Shown here one piece after another: positions 17,759-28,502 of a stretch of DNA of 32,000 nucleotides. The stretch is from an uncultured Actinomycetes bacterium (lineage in GTDB: Bacteria; Actinomycetota; Actinomycetes; S36-B12; CAIYMF01). Location: assembly GCA_963843975.1 (NCBI GenBank), contig CAWJMG010000003.1, positions 2,040,001-2,072,000 on the forward strand. Reading direction: 5' to 3'. Numbering within the stretch: position 1 is the stretch's first letter; each line of letters starts with the position of its first letter. The notes under the pieces were generated by a model. The model made no database searches. It saw nothing but the letters and a program-made list of their open reading frames with translations, and had not been told where the DNA came from. Both the position numbers and the translations under genes were made by a program.

Positions 17759-18442
17759 TCACGAGTCGGTAATCTGCGCGCGCCTGCCCTTCGGGCGCTT
17801 GACCTCGATGCCGCCCATGACCGCGAGCCCCGTAATGCGGATGCTGGGTGCCCCCGGGGGAGCGACGTCGCTCGGGCCCGCCGTGCCGCCCATGAAGCCG
17901 ATGGCGTCCATCCGCACCGCGACACCTTCGGGCACCACGATCTCGACCCCGCCCATGAGCGCGAACACGTTCACCGTCGTCTCGCGCGCGGTGAGGACCG
18001 CCGTCGACAGGTCGAGCTCGATGCCGCCCATGACCGCCACGCACACCTGCGTCTCCGGCACGACCCAGGTGCCTCTGCGCTCGACCCCGCTGAAGACCGC
18101 GATGGCCACGCCCTGCGCCTGGTCTGCGCGCGACGGGTCGACGGTGAGGCCCGTCGCGTTCGTGGGCACGGCGACCGGGTGCGGCTGGGTCAGTGCGACG
18201 GCGTTCGACAGCCCAGGAAGCGTGAGGACGCCGGGCGGCACCGGCAGGTCGTGCAGCACGGGCACGAGATCGGCGTACGTCGTGGCCCTGTAGACCTCGG
18301 ACAGCCGCTCCTCGTGCTCGACCGGCGACAGCCGTCCCTCCGCGTACGCATCGCGCAGGAGACCGGCGACCTTCTCGCGGTCGGCGTCGGACGCGCGCAG
18401 CCGCAGGGCGGCCGCGATCGGGTCCGGCGGCGTCTCGGTCAT
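17759..18442 (-). CDS. DUF1707 (SHOCT-like) plus LiaF-like C-terminal domain protein
   Basis: N-terminus LRASDADREKVAGLLRDAYAEGRLSPVEHEERL is the DUF1707 signature. The C-terminal half has repeated MGG(I/V)E(I/L/V) beta-strand repeats (AVMGGIELDL, ALMGGVEIVV, AVMGGIEVKR), as in the LiaF-like cell-wall-stress domain. Confidence 0.8.
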   Translation of the reverse strand: MTETPPDPIAAALRLRASDADREKVAGLLRDAYAEGRLSPVEHEERLSEVYRATTYADLVPVLHDLPVPPGVLTLPGLSNAVALTQPHPVAVPTNATGLTVDPSRADQAQGVAIAVFSGVERRGTWVVPETQVCVAVMGGIELDLSTAVLTARETTVNVFALMGGVEIVVPEGVAVRMDAIGFMGGTAGPSDVAPPGAPSIRITGLAVMGGIEVKRPKGRRAQITDS

Positions 18443-18509
18443 GCTCGAAGGCTAGTGCGTCGGGAAAGCCGTGAGGTGCGCGTGGGCGGTCGTCGCTAGC
18501 GTTGAGCGG

Positions 18510-19423
<914 letters not shown>

Positions 19424-19424
<1 letters not shown>

Positions 19425-20227
19425 TGACCGAGGTCACTGCACCCCGTACCGAGGATCAGCCGCACGCGCTCGAGCCGGCTGCCTTCGTCGGCGTCTGGAA
19501 CCGCGAGGCCACCGCCTTCAAGCGGATCTGGCGGTCCACCACGTTCGGATCGATCGTCGAGCCGACCATCAACCTGCTCGCGTTCGGCTTCGGGTTCGGA
19601 GCGCTCGTCACGTCGGTGCAGGGCATCCCCTACATCCAGTTCGTCGGCACCGGCGCCGTCGCGACCGCCGTGCTCTTCTCCTCGGTGTTCGCCGGCATGT
19701 ACGACACCTACATCAAGCGCACGTTCATCAAGACCTATGACGGCATCCTCTCGACGCCGGTCGACGTGCCGGAGCTGATGCTCGCCGAGGCGATGTGGAT
19801 CGGCATCAAGGCCGGCATGTTCGGCATGGGTCCGCTGCTGGTCGCGATGCTGTTCGGCCTGCCGCCGTCGGTCGGGATGCTGGCCATCCCCCTCATCGGA
19901 TTCCTCACCGGGTTCGGGTTCGCACTCATGGGCCAGTGGTTCTCCGGCATGGTGCCGAGCATCGACTCGTTCAGCTACGTCCAGAGCGCGCTGGTCACGC
20001 CTCTGTTCCTGCTGGCGGGCATCTTCTTCCCGCTGTCCGGGTTCCCGCAGTGGGTGCAGACGCTCGCACTCGTGAACCCGCTCTACCACTCGGTCGAGCT
20101 GATCCGCGACGCCGTCTTCGGGTGGGAGCCGCTGGCCGACCTCGGCCACGTTGCCGCGCTGCTGCTGTTCGCGGGCCTCATGGCCGTGCTGTCGGTGCGC
20201 TTGCTGCGCCGCCGCCTCATCGACTAG
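19424..20227 (+). CDS. ABC-2 type transporter permease
   Basis: 267-aa ORF with about 6 TM segments. Its ATG overlaps the ATPase TGA (TGATG), which suggests translational coupling. Confidence 0.88.
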
Positions 20228-20621
20228 CGGGCCACTCCTTCGCCGCGCGCTTGGGGGCGACGACCAGCCACGAGTCCTCGATCAGCTCCTGGAGGTCGTC
20301 GACGTCGACGTCCTCGAGGATCACGAGCACGCCCGTGTACCGCTCGAAGTGCGGGATGTCGAAGCACGCCCCGATCTCGGCGATGCGCTGTGCCTTGGTC
20401 TCGAAGTCGGGCACGCGGACCGCGATGCTCTCCTTCGTCGGGGCAGCGTCGCCGAGCACCTTCAGGTCGGACGCCCGCATCGGCCGCTCCCAGACGACCT
20501 GCTTGCCCGTGGAGCCCTCGATCTTCCAGACCCTCCAGCCGTCGAAGCTGGTGCCGGCGTCCTTCTCGTGCACGAGCGGCAGCGACAGCGCGATCCGCTC
20601 GACGTCCTCCCACGTGGCCAT
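20217..20621 (-). CDS. MmcQ/YjbR family DNA-binding protein
   Basis: 134-aa ORF. MATWEDVERIALSLP ... and its length and pattern fit the YjbR fold family. Its 3' end overlaps the convergent permease gene by 11 nt. Confidence 0.75.
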   Translation of the reverse strand: MATWEDVERIALSLPLVHEKDAGTSFDGWRVWKIEGSTGKQVVWERPMRASDLKVLGDAAPTKESIAVRVPDFETKAQRIAEIGACFDIPHFERYTGVLVILEDVDVDDLQELIEDSWLVVAPKRAAKEWPASR

Positions 20622-20671
20622 GCGCCGAGGCTAGGCGCGACGTACCACCAGCGGTGGGCGGTTGCGCGAGG

Positions 20672-21736
20672 TCAGCGCGGCTGCGCCCGCTGGTACTGCT
20701 CGGGCCAGGCGACCTCGACGCCGAGCTCGTGCGCGGCCAGCAGCGGCCACCGCGGCTCGCGCAGCAGGGCTCGGGCGAGAAGGACGACGTCGGCCGAGCC
20801 CTCCGCCACGATCGTCTCGGCCTGGGCCGGCTCGGTGATGAGCCCGACCGCTCCGGTGGGGATCCCCGCCTCGGCGCGCACCTCGGCCGCGAACGGCACC
20901 TGGTAGCCGGGGCCGACGTCGATCTTCTGCTCGTGGTGCAGGCCCGCCGAGGACACGTCCACGAGGTCGACCCCGCGGGCCTTCAGCTCGCGTGCGAGGA
21001 CGACGGTCGACTCCACGTCCCAACCGCCGTCGACCCAGTCGGTCGCCGACACCCGGACGAGCAGCGGCTTGTCGTCCGGCCAGACGGCACGGACGGCCTC
21101 GACGACCTCGAGCGGGAAGCGCATGCGGTTCTCGAGGCTGCCGCCGTACTCGTCCTCGCGCAGGTTGGACAGCGGCGAGAGGAACTGGTGCAGCAGGTAG
21201 CCGTGCGCGGCGTGGATCTCGACCGTGTCGACGCCGATGCGGTGGGCGCGCCGCGCAGCCGCGACGAAGCCCGCACGGATCGCGTCGAGGTGGCGGCCCT
21301 CCATCGCGCGCGGGACGGCGTAGTCGCCGAACGCGACAGCGGACGGCGCGATCGTCTGCCAGCCCCCGTCGGCCTCCGGCACGGTGCCGTGCCCCTTCCA
21401 CGGTGACCAGGTCGAGGCCTTGCGCCCGGCGTGCGCGAGCTGGATGCCGAACGGCACCCCCTGGGTGTGGGCGAAGTCGACCAGCGGCGCGATCGCCTGG
21501 GCGTGGCCGTCGCTCCAGAGCCCGAGGTCGTCGGGGCTGATCCGACCCTCGGGCGTGACGGCGGTGGCCTCGGTCAGCAGGAGCCCAGGGCGGCCCGTGG
21601 CGAGGGCGCCGAGGTGCGGCAGGTGCCACGTGGTCGGGAAGCCGTCGACGGAGCTGTACTGGCACATGGGGCTGACCCACACGCGGTTCGCGAACGTCGT
21701 GCCGCGCAGGGTCAGCGGCTCGAACAGCCTGCTCAT
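20672..21736 (-). CDS. NADH:flavin oxidoreductase / NADH oxidase (Old Yellow Enzyme, YqjM-like; 354 aa)
   Basis: Starts at MSRLFEPLTLRG (ATG 21736). Motifs: VSPMCQYS, IQLAHAGRKAS, EIHAAHGYLLHQFLSPLSN, and SAGL. Confidence 0.92.
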   Translation of the reverse strand: MSRLFEPLTLRGTTFANRVWVSPMCQYSSVDGFPTTWHLPHLGALATGRPGLLLTEATAVTPEGRISPDDLGLWSDGHAQAIAPLVDFAHTQGVPFGIQLAHAGRKASTWSPWKGHGTVPEADGGWQTIAPSAVAFGDYAVPRAMEGRHLDAIRAGFVAAARRAHRIGVDTVEIHAAHGYLLHQFLSPLSNLREDEYGGSLENRMRFPLEVVEAVRAVWPDDKPLLVRVSATDWVDGGWDVESTVVLARELKARGVDLVDVSSAGLHHEQKIDVGPGYQVPFAAEVRAEAGIPTGAVGLITEPAQAETIVAEGSADVVLLARALLREPRWPLLAAHELGVEVAWPEQYQRAQPR

Positions 21737-21864
21737 GGTGGGCCTCTCGTGGTGGGCGGGTGCAGCGCGGGTCTGCAGGAAGGCAACCCCTACGGCGCAG
21801 TCCCCATTCCCGCGTGACGGGTCTGACACCGACGACGAGGACATGCCGGACGTAGGCTCGTCCC

Positions 21865-23531
<1,667 letters not shown>

Positions 23532-23535
<4 letters not shown>

Positions 23536-23565
23536 GGATCACGCGACGCTGAAGATCACGCGACG
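23532..23565. repeat. tandem 17-bp duplication (2 copies, 1 mismatch) spanning the fumarase stop codon
   Basis: CTGAGGATCACGCGACG (23532-23548) followed directly by CTGAAGATCACGCGACG (23549-23565). Confidence 0.85.
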
Positions 23566-23607
23566 AAGGGCCGGTAACCGTTGCGGTGCAACGGATACCG
23601 GCCCTTC
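23565..23607. terminator. 20-bp stem (one A-A mismatch) with a 3-nt loop between convergent genes
   Basis: GAAGGGCCGGTAACCGTTGC-GGT-GCAACGGATACCGGCCCTTC, checked base by base. It lies between the fumarase stop (23535) and the stop of the minus-strand gene (23631). Confidence 0.75.
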
Positions 23608-23630
23608 GCTAGGTCAGGTGATGCCGGGCG

Positions 23631-24233
23631 TCAGTACCAGCCCTTGTACTGGAACGACTTCCAGGCGCCGCACGGCGAACCGTAGCGGCCCTTGATGTAC
23701 GAGAGGCCCCAACGGATCTGGGTCTTCGGGTTGGTGCGCCAGTCGGCGCCGGCCGTGGCCATCTTCGAGCCCGGCAGGGCCTGCGGGATGCCATGCGCGC
23801 CCGAGTAGCGGTTGTGCGACGTGTGCTTCCAGTTGCTCTCGCGCTGCCAGAGGTTGGCGAGGCACTGGAACTGGGTCGTCGTCTTCCAGCGGTACTTGGT
23901 GACCATGAAGTAGCGCGCCCACCACTTGTTGTACGCGGTGGTTCCGAAGGCGTACGGCGCGACGGCGGGGACGCGGGTCACCGAGCGCGACGTGGTCGCG
24001 AGGCGGCTGGTGGTGGAGGTGGTGGACGTCCCGATCACCGGGGTGAGGCTGCTCGCCGTCACCGCGCCGGCCGCGAGGCCCGAGGAGGAGGTGGTCGTGG
24101 TGCTGACCTCGGCCAGGGCCGGGCTCACCACGGGTGCAGGGGCGACGTACGCCAGCAGGCCCACCGCGACGGCCGCGCTGGCCACGACGCCGATGCGTCG
24201 CGGCAGGGCGCCGTACAGGTTGGTCGTGCTCAC
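23631..24233 (-). CDS. secreted transglycosylase-like cell-wall protein (signal peptide, Ser/Thr-rich linker, C-terminal lytic-transglycosylase / aggregation-promoting-factor-like domain)
   Basis: GTG 24233 is preceded by AAGGA 6 nt upstream; in-frame ATG 24269 is an alternative. The signal-like N-terminus LPRRIGVVASAAVAVGLLAYVAPAPVVSPALA is followed by a TTTTSSSG...TSTTSTTS linker. The conserved C-terminus is WQRESNWKHTSHNRYSGAHGIPQALPGSKMATAGADWRTNPKTQIRWGLSYIKGRYGSPCGAW. Confidence 0.8.
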   Translation of the reverse strand: MSTTNLYGALPRRIGVVASAAVAVGLLAYVAPAPVVSPALAEVSTTTTSSSGLAAGAVTASSLTPVIGTSTTSTTSRLATTSRSVTRVPAVAPYAFGTTAYNKWWARYFMVTKYRWKTTTQFQCLANLWQRESNWKHTSHNRYSGAHGIPQALPGSKMATAGADWRTNPKTQIRWGLSYIKGRYGSPCGAWKSFQYKGWY

Positions 24234-24717
24234 ATGCTGTCCTTGCTCAGGCGGCGAGGCTCCGGACATCACCGCGACGAGATCCCTGGCACGGGCCCGA
24301 CGACGCACGCGAACCGGAGAACACTCGGTGCGAGCCGGGCGAGCTGGCCCCTGGGTGGTGCGGCCTTGACGGCCGGGGCGGCGCCCAGTGCGGCAGGTAT
24401 GGGAGTCGCGTTCCAGCGTGCGACCTGCCCGGTGCTGCGCCGGCGTGAAGCGTGCCGTCGCGGGCCTCCGGGCCCCTGTCGATCCCGGGCGCGGGATCAT
24501 TTCGTTATCAACCTTGCCCGGTATCTCCGACAGCGCCAACCCGTCGGGGCGTGCTCACTGTCACCTCGAGGCTTTGTCCACAGGGCACCTTCGGGCAGTT
24601 CTAGGGCGAATCGGACACGACCTGTGACCGGCGCCACATCTCCCGCGTCCCGACGTGGCGGAAGTCTCGACCTCCGATCGAGGGATAACGGCGTACGGAG
24701 GGTCCGGACGCGACCAC

Positions 24718-24749
24718 GGACCGCCACCCCGCTGAACGGGTGACGGTCC
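24718..24749 (-). terminator. 12-bp stem (one G-U pair) with an 8-nt loop, 33 nt downstream of the phoH2 stop
   Basis: The minus strand reads GGACCGUCACCC-GUUCAGCG-GGGUGGCGGUCC. No U-tract. Confidence 0.4.
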
Positions 24750-24781
24750 GGGGTGCGGCGCCGGCTCGGGCCGGCCAGGGC

Positions 24782-26113
24782 TCAGACGGGCAGGTCCTCC
24801 AGCATCTCGGTGACGAGGGCCGCGATCGGGCTGCGCTCGCTGCGGGTCAGCGTGATGTGGGCGAAGAGCGGGTGCCCCTTGAGCTTCTCGACGACCGCGA
24901 CGACGCCGTCGTGGCGACCGACGTGGAGGTTGTCGCGTTGCGCGACGTCGTGGGTCAGCACCACACGGGAGTCGCGCCCGATGCGCGACAGCACCGTGAG
25001 CAGGACGTTGCGCTCGAGCGACTGCGCCTCGTCGACGATGACGAACGCGTCGTGCAGGGAGCGACCGCGGATGTGCGTGAGCGGCAGGACCTCGAGCATG
25101 CCGCGCTCGACGACCTCCTCCACGACCTCCTGCGTCGTGACGGCGCCGAGGGTGTCGAACACCGCCTGGCCCCAGGGCGACATCTTCTCGCTCTCGCTGC
25201 CGGGCAGGTAGCCGAGCTCCTGGCCGCCGACGGCGTACAGCGGGCGGAAGACGATGACCTTGCGGTGCTGACGGCGCTCGAGCACGGCCTCGAGGCCGGC
25301 GCACAGGGCGAGCGCGGACTTGCCCGTGCCGGCACGGCCGCCGAGGGAGATGATCCCGACCTCGGGGTCGAGCAGGATGTCGAGCGCCACGCGCTGCTCG
25401 GCGCTGCGGCCGTGCAGGCCGAAGGCCTCGCGGTCGCCCCGCACCAGGCGCACCTGCTTGTCGGCGGTGACGCGCCCGAGGGCGCTGCCCCGCTCGGAGA
25501 CCAGCACGAGCCCGGTGTGGCACGGCAGCTCGCGCGCCTCCTCGAGGTCGATGCGGTCCTCCTCGTACAGCGCGTCGACCACGGTGCCGGGGACGTCGAG
25601 CTCGGTCATGCCGGTCCAGCCGGTCTCGACGACCGTCTCCGCGCGGTACTCCTCCGCCGCGAGGCCGACGGCCGAGGCCTTGACCCGCATCGGGAGGTCC
25701 TTGCTGACCAGGACGACGTCGCGACCCTCGGCGGCGAGGTTGCAGGCGACCGCCAGGATGCGCGTGTCGTTGTCGGCGAGCTGCATGCCCTTCGGAAGCA
25801 CGCTGACGTCGCTGTGGTTGAGCTCGACGCGGAGGGTGCCGCCGTGGTCGCCGACCGACATCGGGTCGTCGAGCCGGCCGTGCTTCACGCGCAGGTCGTC
25901 GAGGAGCCGCAGGGCCTGGCGGGCGAAGTACCCGAGCTCGGGGTGCGAGCGTTTGGCCTCGAGCTCGACCACGACGACGACCGGGATCACGACCTCGTGC
26001 TCGGCGAACCGCAGGATCGCGTGCGGATCCGACAGCAGCACGGACGTGTCGAGGACGTGGGTGCGGACACCGGTCGTGGGGGTGGACGACGGGCTCTGGC
26101 TCGCGTTGGGCAC
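24782..26113 (-). CDS. PhoH2: N-terminal PIN domain fused to a PhoH-like ATPase (443 aa)
   Basis: PIN region [11 protein letters not shown] ... NDTRILAVA. PhoH region with Walker [13 protein letters not shown] and IVDEAQ. GTG 26113 is preferred because GGGGAGG lies 5 nt upstream; the track ORF start GTG 26200 would add 29 Gly/Pro-rich residues. Confidence 0.9.
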   Translation of the reverse strand: MPNASQSPSSTPTTGVRTHVLDTSVLLSDPHAILRFAEHEVVIPVVVVVELEAKRSHPELGYFARQALRLLDDLRVKHGRLDDPMSVGDHGGTLRVELNHSDVSVLPKGMQLADNDTRILAVACNLAAEGRDVVLVSKDLPMRVKASAVGLAAEEYRAETVVETGWTGMTELDVPGTVVDALYEEDRIDLEEARELPCHTGLVLVSERGSALGRVTADKQVRLVRGDREAFGLHGRSAEQRVALDILLDPEVGIISLGGRAGTGKSALALCAGLEAVLERRQHRKVIVFRPLYAVGGQELGYLPGSESEKMSPWGQAVFDTLGAVTTQEVVEEVVERGMLEVLPLTHIRGRSLHDAFVIVDEAQSLERNVLLTVLSRIGRDSRVVLTHDVAQRDNLHVGRHDGVVAVVEKLKGHPLFAHITLTRSERSPIAALVTEMLEDLPV

Positions 26114-26279
26114 AAGGGCCTCCCCGAAGGCGGGCCGCCCGGGCGGCGGCCCGAATGGCTGCGACGCTATGCCTGCTCCGAGCAGTCGCGGCCCCGACAC
26201 GCCGTGCGCGGGGGTCGACGTCCGCCCACCGGCCGATCCCGTGTGAACAGAGGGTTACAGGCGCTCGACGGAGCGCGCC

Positions 26280-27041
26280 TCAGCTGCCGAAGCGGCGGCT
26301 GCGCGCGGCGTACGCGCGCAGGGCGCGGAGGAAGTCGACCTTGCGGAAGTCGGGCCAGTAGGCCTCGCAGAAGTAGAACTCCGAGTGCGCGCTCTGCCAG
26401 AGCAGGAAGCCCGAGAGCCGCTGCTCGCCCGAGGTGCGGATCACGAGATCGGGGTCGGGCTGACCGGCGGTGTAGAGGTGCTCGGCGATGTGCTCGACGT
26501 CGATCTCGGCGGCGACGTCGTCGATCGACGCGCCGCGGGCCGCCGCGTCCGCGAGCAGGGCGCGGACGGCGTCGACCACCTCGCGGCGTCCGCCGTAGCC
26601 GACGGCGATGTTGACGAGGAGGCCGGAGCGGGTGGCGGTGGAGTCCTCGGCCTTCTTCAGCACCTCGGCGGTCTGCGCGGGCAGGAGGTCGAGGGCGCCC
26701 ACGGGGTGCAGCCGCCAGGTGCCTCGCGTGGCGAGGCCGGCGACGGTCTCCTCGATGATGCGCAGCAGCGGCTCGAGCTCGCCGCCGGGCCGCTCGAGGT
26801 TGTCGGTCGAGAGCAGCCACAGGGTGACGACCTCGACGCCGGCCTCGTCGCACCAGGTGAGGAAGTCCTCGATCTTGTCCGCGCCGGCCTGGTGGCCGCG
26901 GGCGGTGCTCATGCCCTGGGCGGCGGCCCAGCGGCGGTTGCCGTCGAGCATGACGCCGACGTGGCGCGGGATGCGGGTGCGGTCGAGCGAGGCGACGAGG
27001 CGGCGCTCGTACACGCCGTACAGGACATCGCTCAGCGCCAC
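26280..27041 (-). CDS. uppS: isoprenyl (Z-prenyl/undecaprenyl) diphosphate synthase family protein
   Basis: GTG start. cis-Prenyltransferase motifs HVGVMLDGNRRWA, LSTDN, AVGYGGR, and IRTSGEQRLSGFLLWQSAHSEFYF. Its adjacency to hemolysin-III recalls the Rv1085c/Rv1086 pair, so it may be the short-chain Z-FPP-type paralogue. Confidence 0.92.
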   Translation of the reverse strand: MALSDVLYGVYERRLVASLDRTRIPRHVGVMLDGNRRWAAAQGMSTARGHQAGADKIEDFLTWCDEAGVEVVTLWLLSTDNLERPGGELEPLLRIIEETVAGLATRGTWRLHPVGALDLLPAQTAEVLKKAEDSTATRSGLLVNIAVGYGGRREVVDAVRALLADAAARGASIDDVAAEIDVEHIAEHLYTAGQPDPDLVIRTSGEQRLSGFLLWQSAHSEFYFCEAYWPDFRKVDFLRALRAYAARSRRFGS

Positions 27042-27186
27042 CGCGGCTCGTGCCCTTCCGTGAATCGCCTCCGCCTTCCGGCCGGCGCCCAGACGCGAGG
27101 GTACCCGCGCGCAGGTCCTGCGCGGTGGACTGCCGAGGCGCGATCACCCGGAGCCCGCGCCGGCTCCACCGCTCGGGCCAGGAGAC

Positions 27187-27206
27187 AACCTACGGTTGCG
27201 TAGGTT
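27187..27206. promoter_or_regulatory. inverted repeat AACCTAC-N6-GTAGGTT just upstream of the hemolysin-III gene
   Basis: 7-bp perfect arms in a locally AT-richer patch. It ends 11 nt before GTG 27218, inside the 176-bp divergent intergenic region shared with uppS. Confidence 0.3.
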
Positions 27207-27217
27207 ACTGTGGCGTA

Positions 27218-27889
27218 GTGAACGAGGTCGCTTCCGCTGTCCAGACGCCCACCGACGTCGCGCCGCCGCATCTGCGCGGCTGGCTGCACGCGGGGATGGC
27301 ACCGGTCTCGGTGGTGCTCGGCATCATCCTGATCGCGCTGTCGCCCGCCGAGTACCGCTGGGCCGCTGCGCTCTACTCCATCACCGCGGTCATGCTGTTC
27401 GGCACGAGTGCGGTGTACCACCGCTTCAACTGGAGCCCGCGCAACAAGGTGCTGCTCAAGCGCCTCGACCACTCCAACATCTTCCTGATCATCGCCGGCA
27501 GCTATACGCCGTTCGCCGTGGTGCTGCTGCCGTGGGAGCAGGAGCGCACGCTGCTGATCCTCGTGTGGACCGGCGCCGTCCTCGGCGTGCTGTTCCGCGT
27601 GTTCTGGGTGGGCGCTCCGCGCTGGCTCTACACGCCGATCTACATCGCGCTCGGCTGGGTCGCGGTGTTCTACCTGCCCGCGTTCTGGTCGGCCGGCGGC
27701 CCTGCCGTCGTGATCCTTCTGGCGGTCGGCGGTCTCTGCTACTCCGCGGGCGGCATCGTCTACGCGCTCAAGCGGCCCAACCCGTCACCGACATGGTTCG
27801 GGTTCCACGAGATCTTCCACGCGCTCACGCTCGCGGGCTTCATCACGCAGTACATCGCGGTGTCGCTCGTGCTCTACTCCGCGCGCTGA
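27218..27889 (+). CDS. hemolysin III family (PAQR) membrane protein, 223 aa
   Basis: GTG start at 27218 within track ORF 27050..27889. Seven hydrophobic segments and family motifs: LDHSNIFLIIAGSYTP and FGFHEIFHALTLAG. Confidence 0.9.
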   Translation: MNEVASAVQTPTDVAPPHLRGWLHAGMAPVSVVLGIILIALSPAEYRWAAALYSITAVMLFGTSAVYHRFNWSPRNKVLLKRLDHSNIFLIIAGSYTPFAVVLLPWEQERTLLILVWTGAVLGVLFRVFWVGAPRWLYTPIYIALGWVAVFYLPAFWSAGGPAVVILLAVGGLCYSAGGIVYALKRPNPSPTWFGFHEIFHALTLAGFITQYIAVSLVLYSAR

Positions 27890-27897
27890 CCACGGAC

Positions 27898-27937
27898 GAC
27901 GACGGCGCCCGCACCGGACGGTGCAGGCGCCGTCGTC
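27898..27937. terminator. 17-bp stem (one C-A mismatch) with a 4-nt loop between convergent genes
   Basis: GACGACGGCGCC-C-GCACC-GGAC-GGTGC-A-GGCGCCGTCGTC, checked base by base. It lies between the stops at 27889 and 27948. Confidence 0.75.
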
Positions 27938-27947
27938 ATCTGCGGTT

Positions 27948-28457
27948 CTAGCTGGTGGGGCCGGTCGCGCGGACGCGCTCGACCTCCTCCATCGCCGAGC
28001 GCAGCTGGCCGAGCCAGTCGTCGGCGTTCTTGCCCACGAGCTTCACGCACCAGGCCAGCGCCTCGGCGCGCGAACGCGCGACACCGGCGTCGACGAGCGT
28101 GTCCAGCACCGCGCGCTCGGGCTGACGCAGACGCGTCATCACCGGGACGGCGAGGTGGGTGAACAGCACCTGCTCGTCGCCGACCTTCACGCCCCACGCG
28201 ACCTTGCGGTCGGTGCGGTGCTCGATCTCGCGCGCGATCTCGATGCGCTTGTCACGGGTGTCCTCGCGGAAGCCCTTCACCCGGCCGCGCAGAGCGGCGG
28301 CCCGCTCGGCGTCGGACGCGGTGTCGGGGAGGTCGGGCACCGGGAGGGTGCCGACGACGGTGATCTCCTCGCGGTCGATCGTCACCTCGGGGGTGCCGTC
28401 GAACCAGTCCTGCGGGAGCCGGCCCACGAGCCAGCCCCTGATCTCCTCTGTTGTCAT
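27948..28457 (-). CDS. conserved hypothetical protein (169 aa)
   Basis: Clean ORF with protein-like composition, 45 nt downstream of the thioredoxin-domain gene on the same strand. I cannot recognise a family signature. Confidence 0.65.
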   Translation of the reverse strand: MTTEEIRGWLVGRLPQDWFDGTPEVTIDREEITVVGTLPVPDLPDTASDAERAAALRGRVKGFREDTRDKRIEIAREIEHRTDRKVAWGVKVGDEQVLFTHLAVPVMTRLRQPERAVLDTLVDAGVARSRAEALAWCVKLVGKNADDWLGQLRSAMEEVERVRATGPTS

Positions 28458-28502
28458 GCAACGATGATTACTTGATTACGCGCTTACGTCCAGGCTGATC
28501 GC

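Noticed and set aside
24380-24400. B12-box-like string GCCGCACUGGG (cobalamin riboswitch)
   Set aside because: The other conserved cobalamin-riboswitch elements are absent, and the downstream gene has no link to B12.
24234-24520. c-di-AMP (ydaO/yuaA) riboswitch upstream of the cell-wall gene
   Set aside because: This was expected from the gene context. However, I could not find the conserved cores as I remember them (GAAUC after P1, GGGGGACCCA, GGGGUGAAUC, GGUAGGG, CCCGNCAGCUAACCUCG) on the transcribed strand. Only loose resemblances are present, such as ACCCAGGGG and CCCGUGCCAGGGAUCUCGUCGCGG. It needs cmsearch and is not claimed.
26242-26259. LexA/SOS-box-like dyad TGTGAAC-AGAGG-GTTACA upstream of phoH2
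   Set aside because: It matches the actinobacterial TCGAAC-N4-GTTCGA consensus at the GAAC core but has wrong spacing and weak outer positions. The dyad is imperfect, with one bulged base.
27042-27186. GC-rich hairpins (CGCGCAG-GTC-CTGCGCG; GGAGCC-N6-GGCTCC) in the uppS/hemolysin-III intergenic region
   Set aside because: Short GC-only stems of this kind occur frequently by chance at this base composition, and nothing distinguishes them.
28458-28502. GATTAC-TT-GATTAC direct repeat and a possible promoter in the AT-rich 45-nt gap upstream of the 169-aa gene
   Set aside because: I could not identify a convincing -10 hexamer at appropriate spacing (TAATCA and CATCGT are poor or badly placed). 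The gap is more simply an intra-operon spacer.
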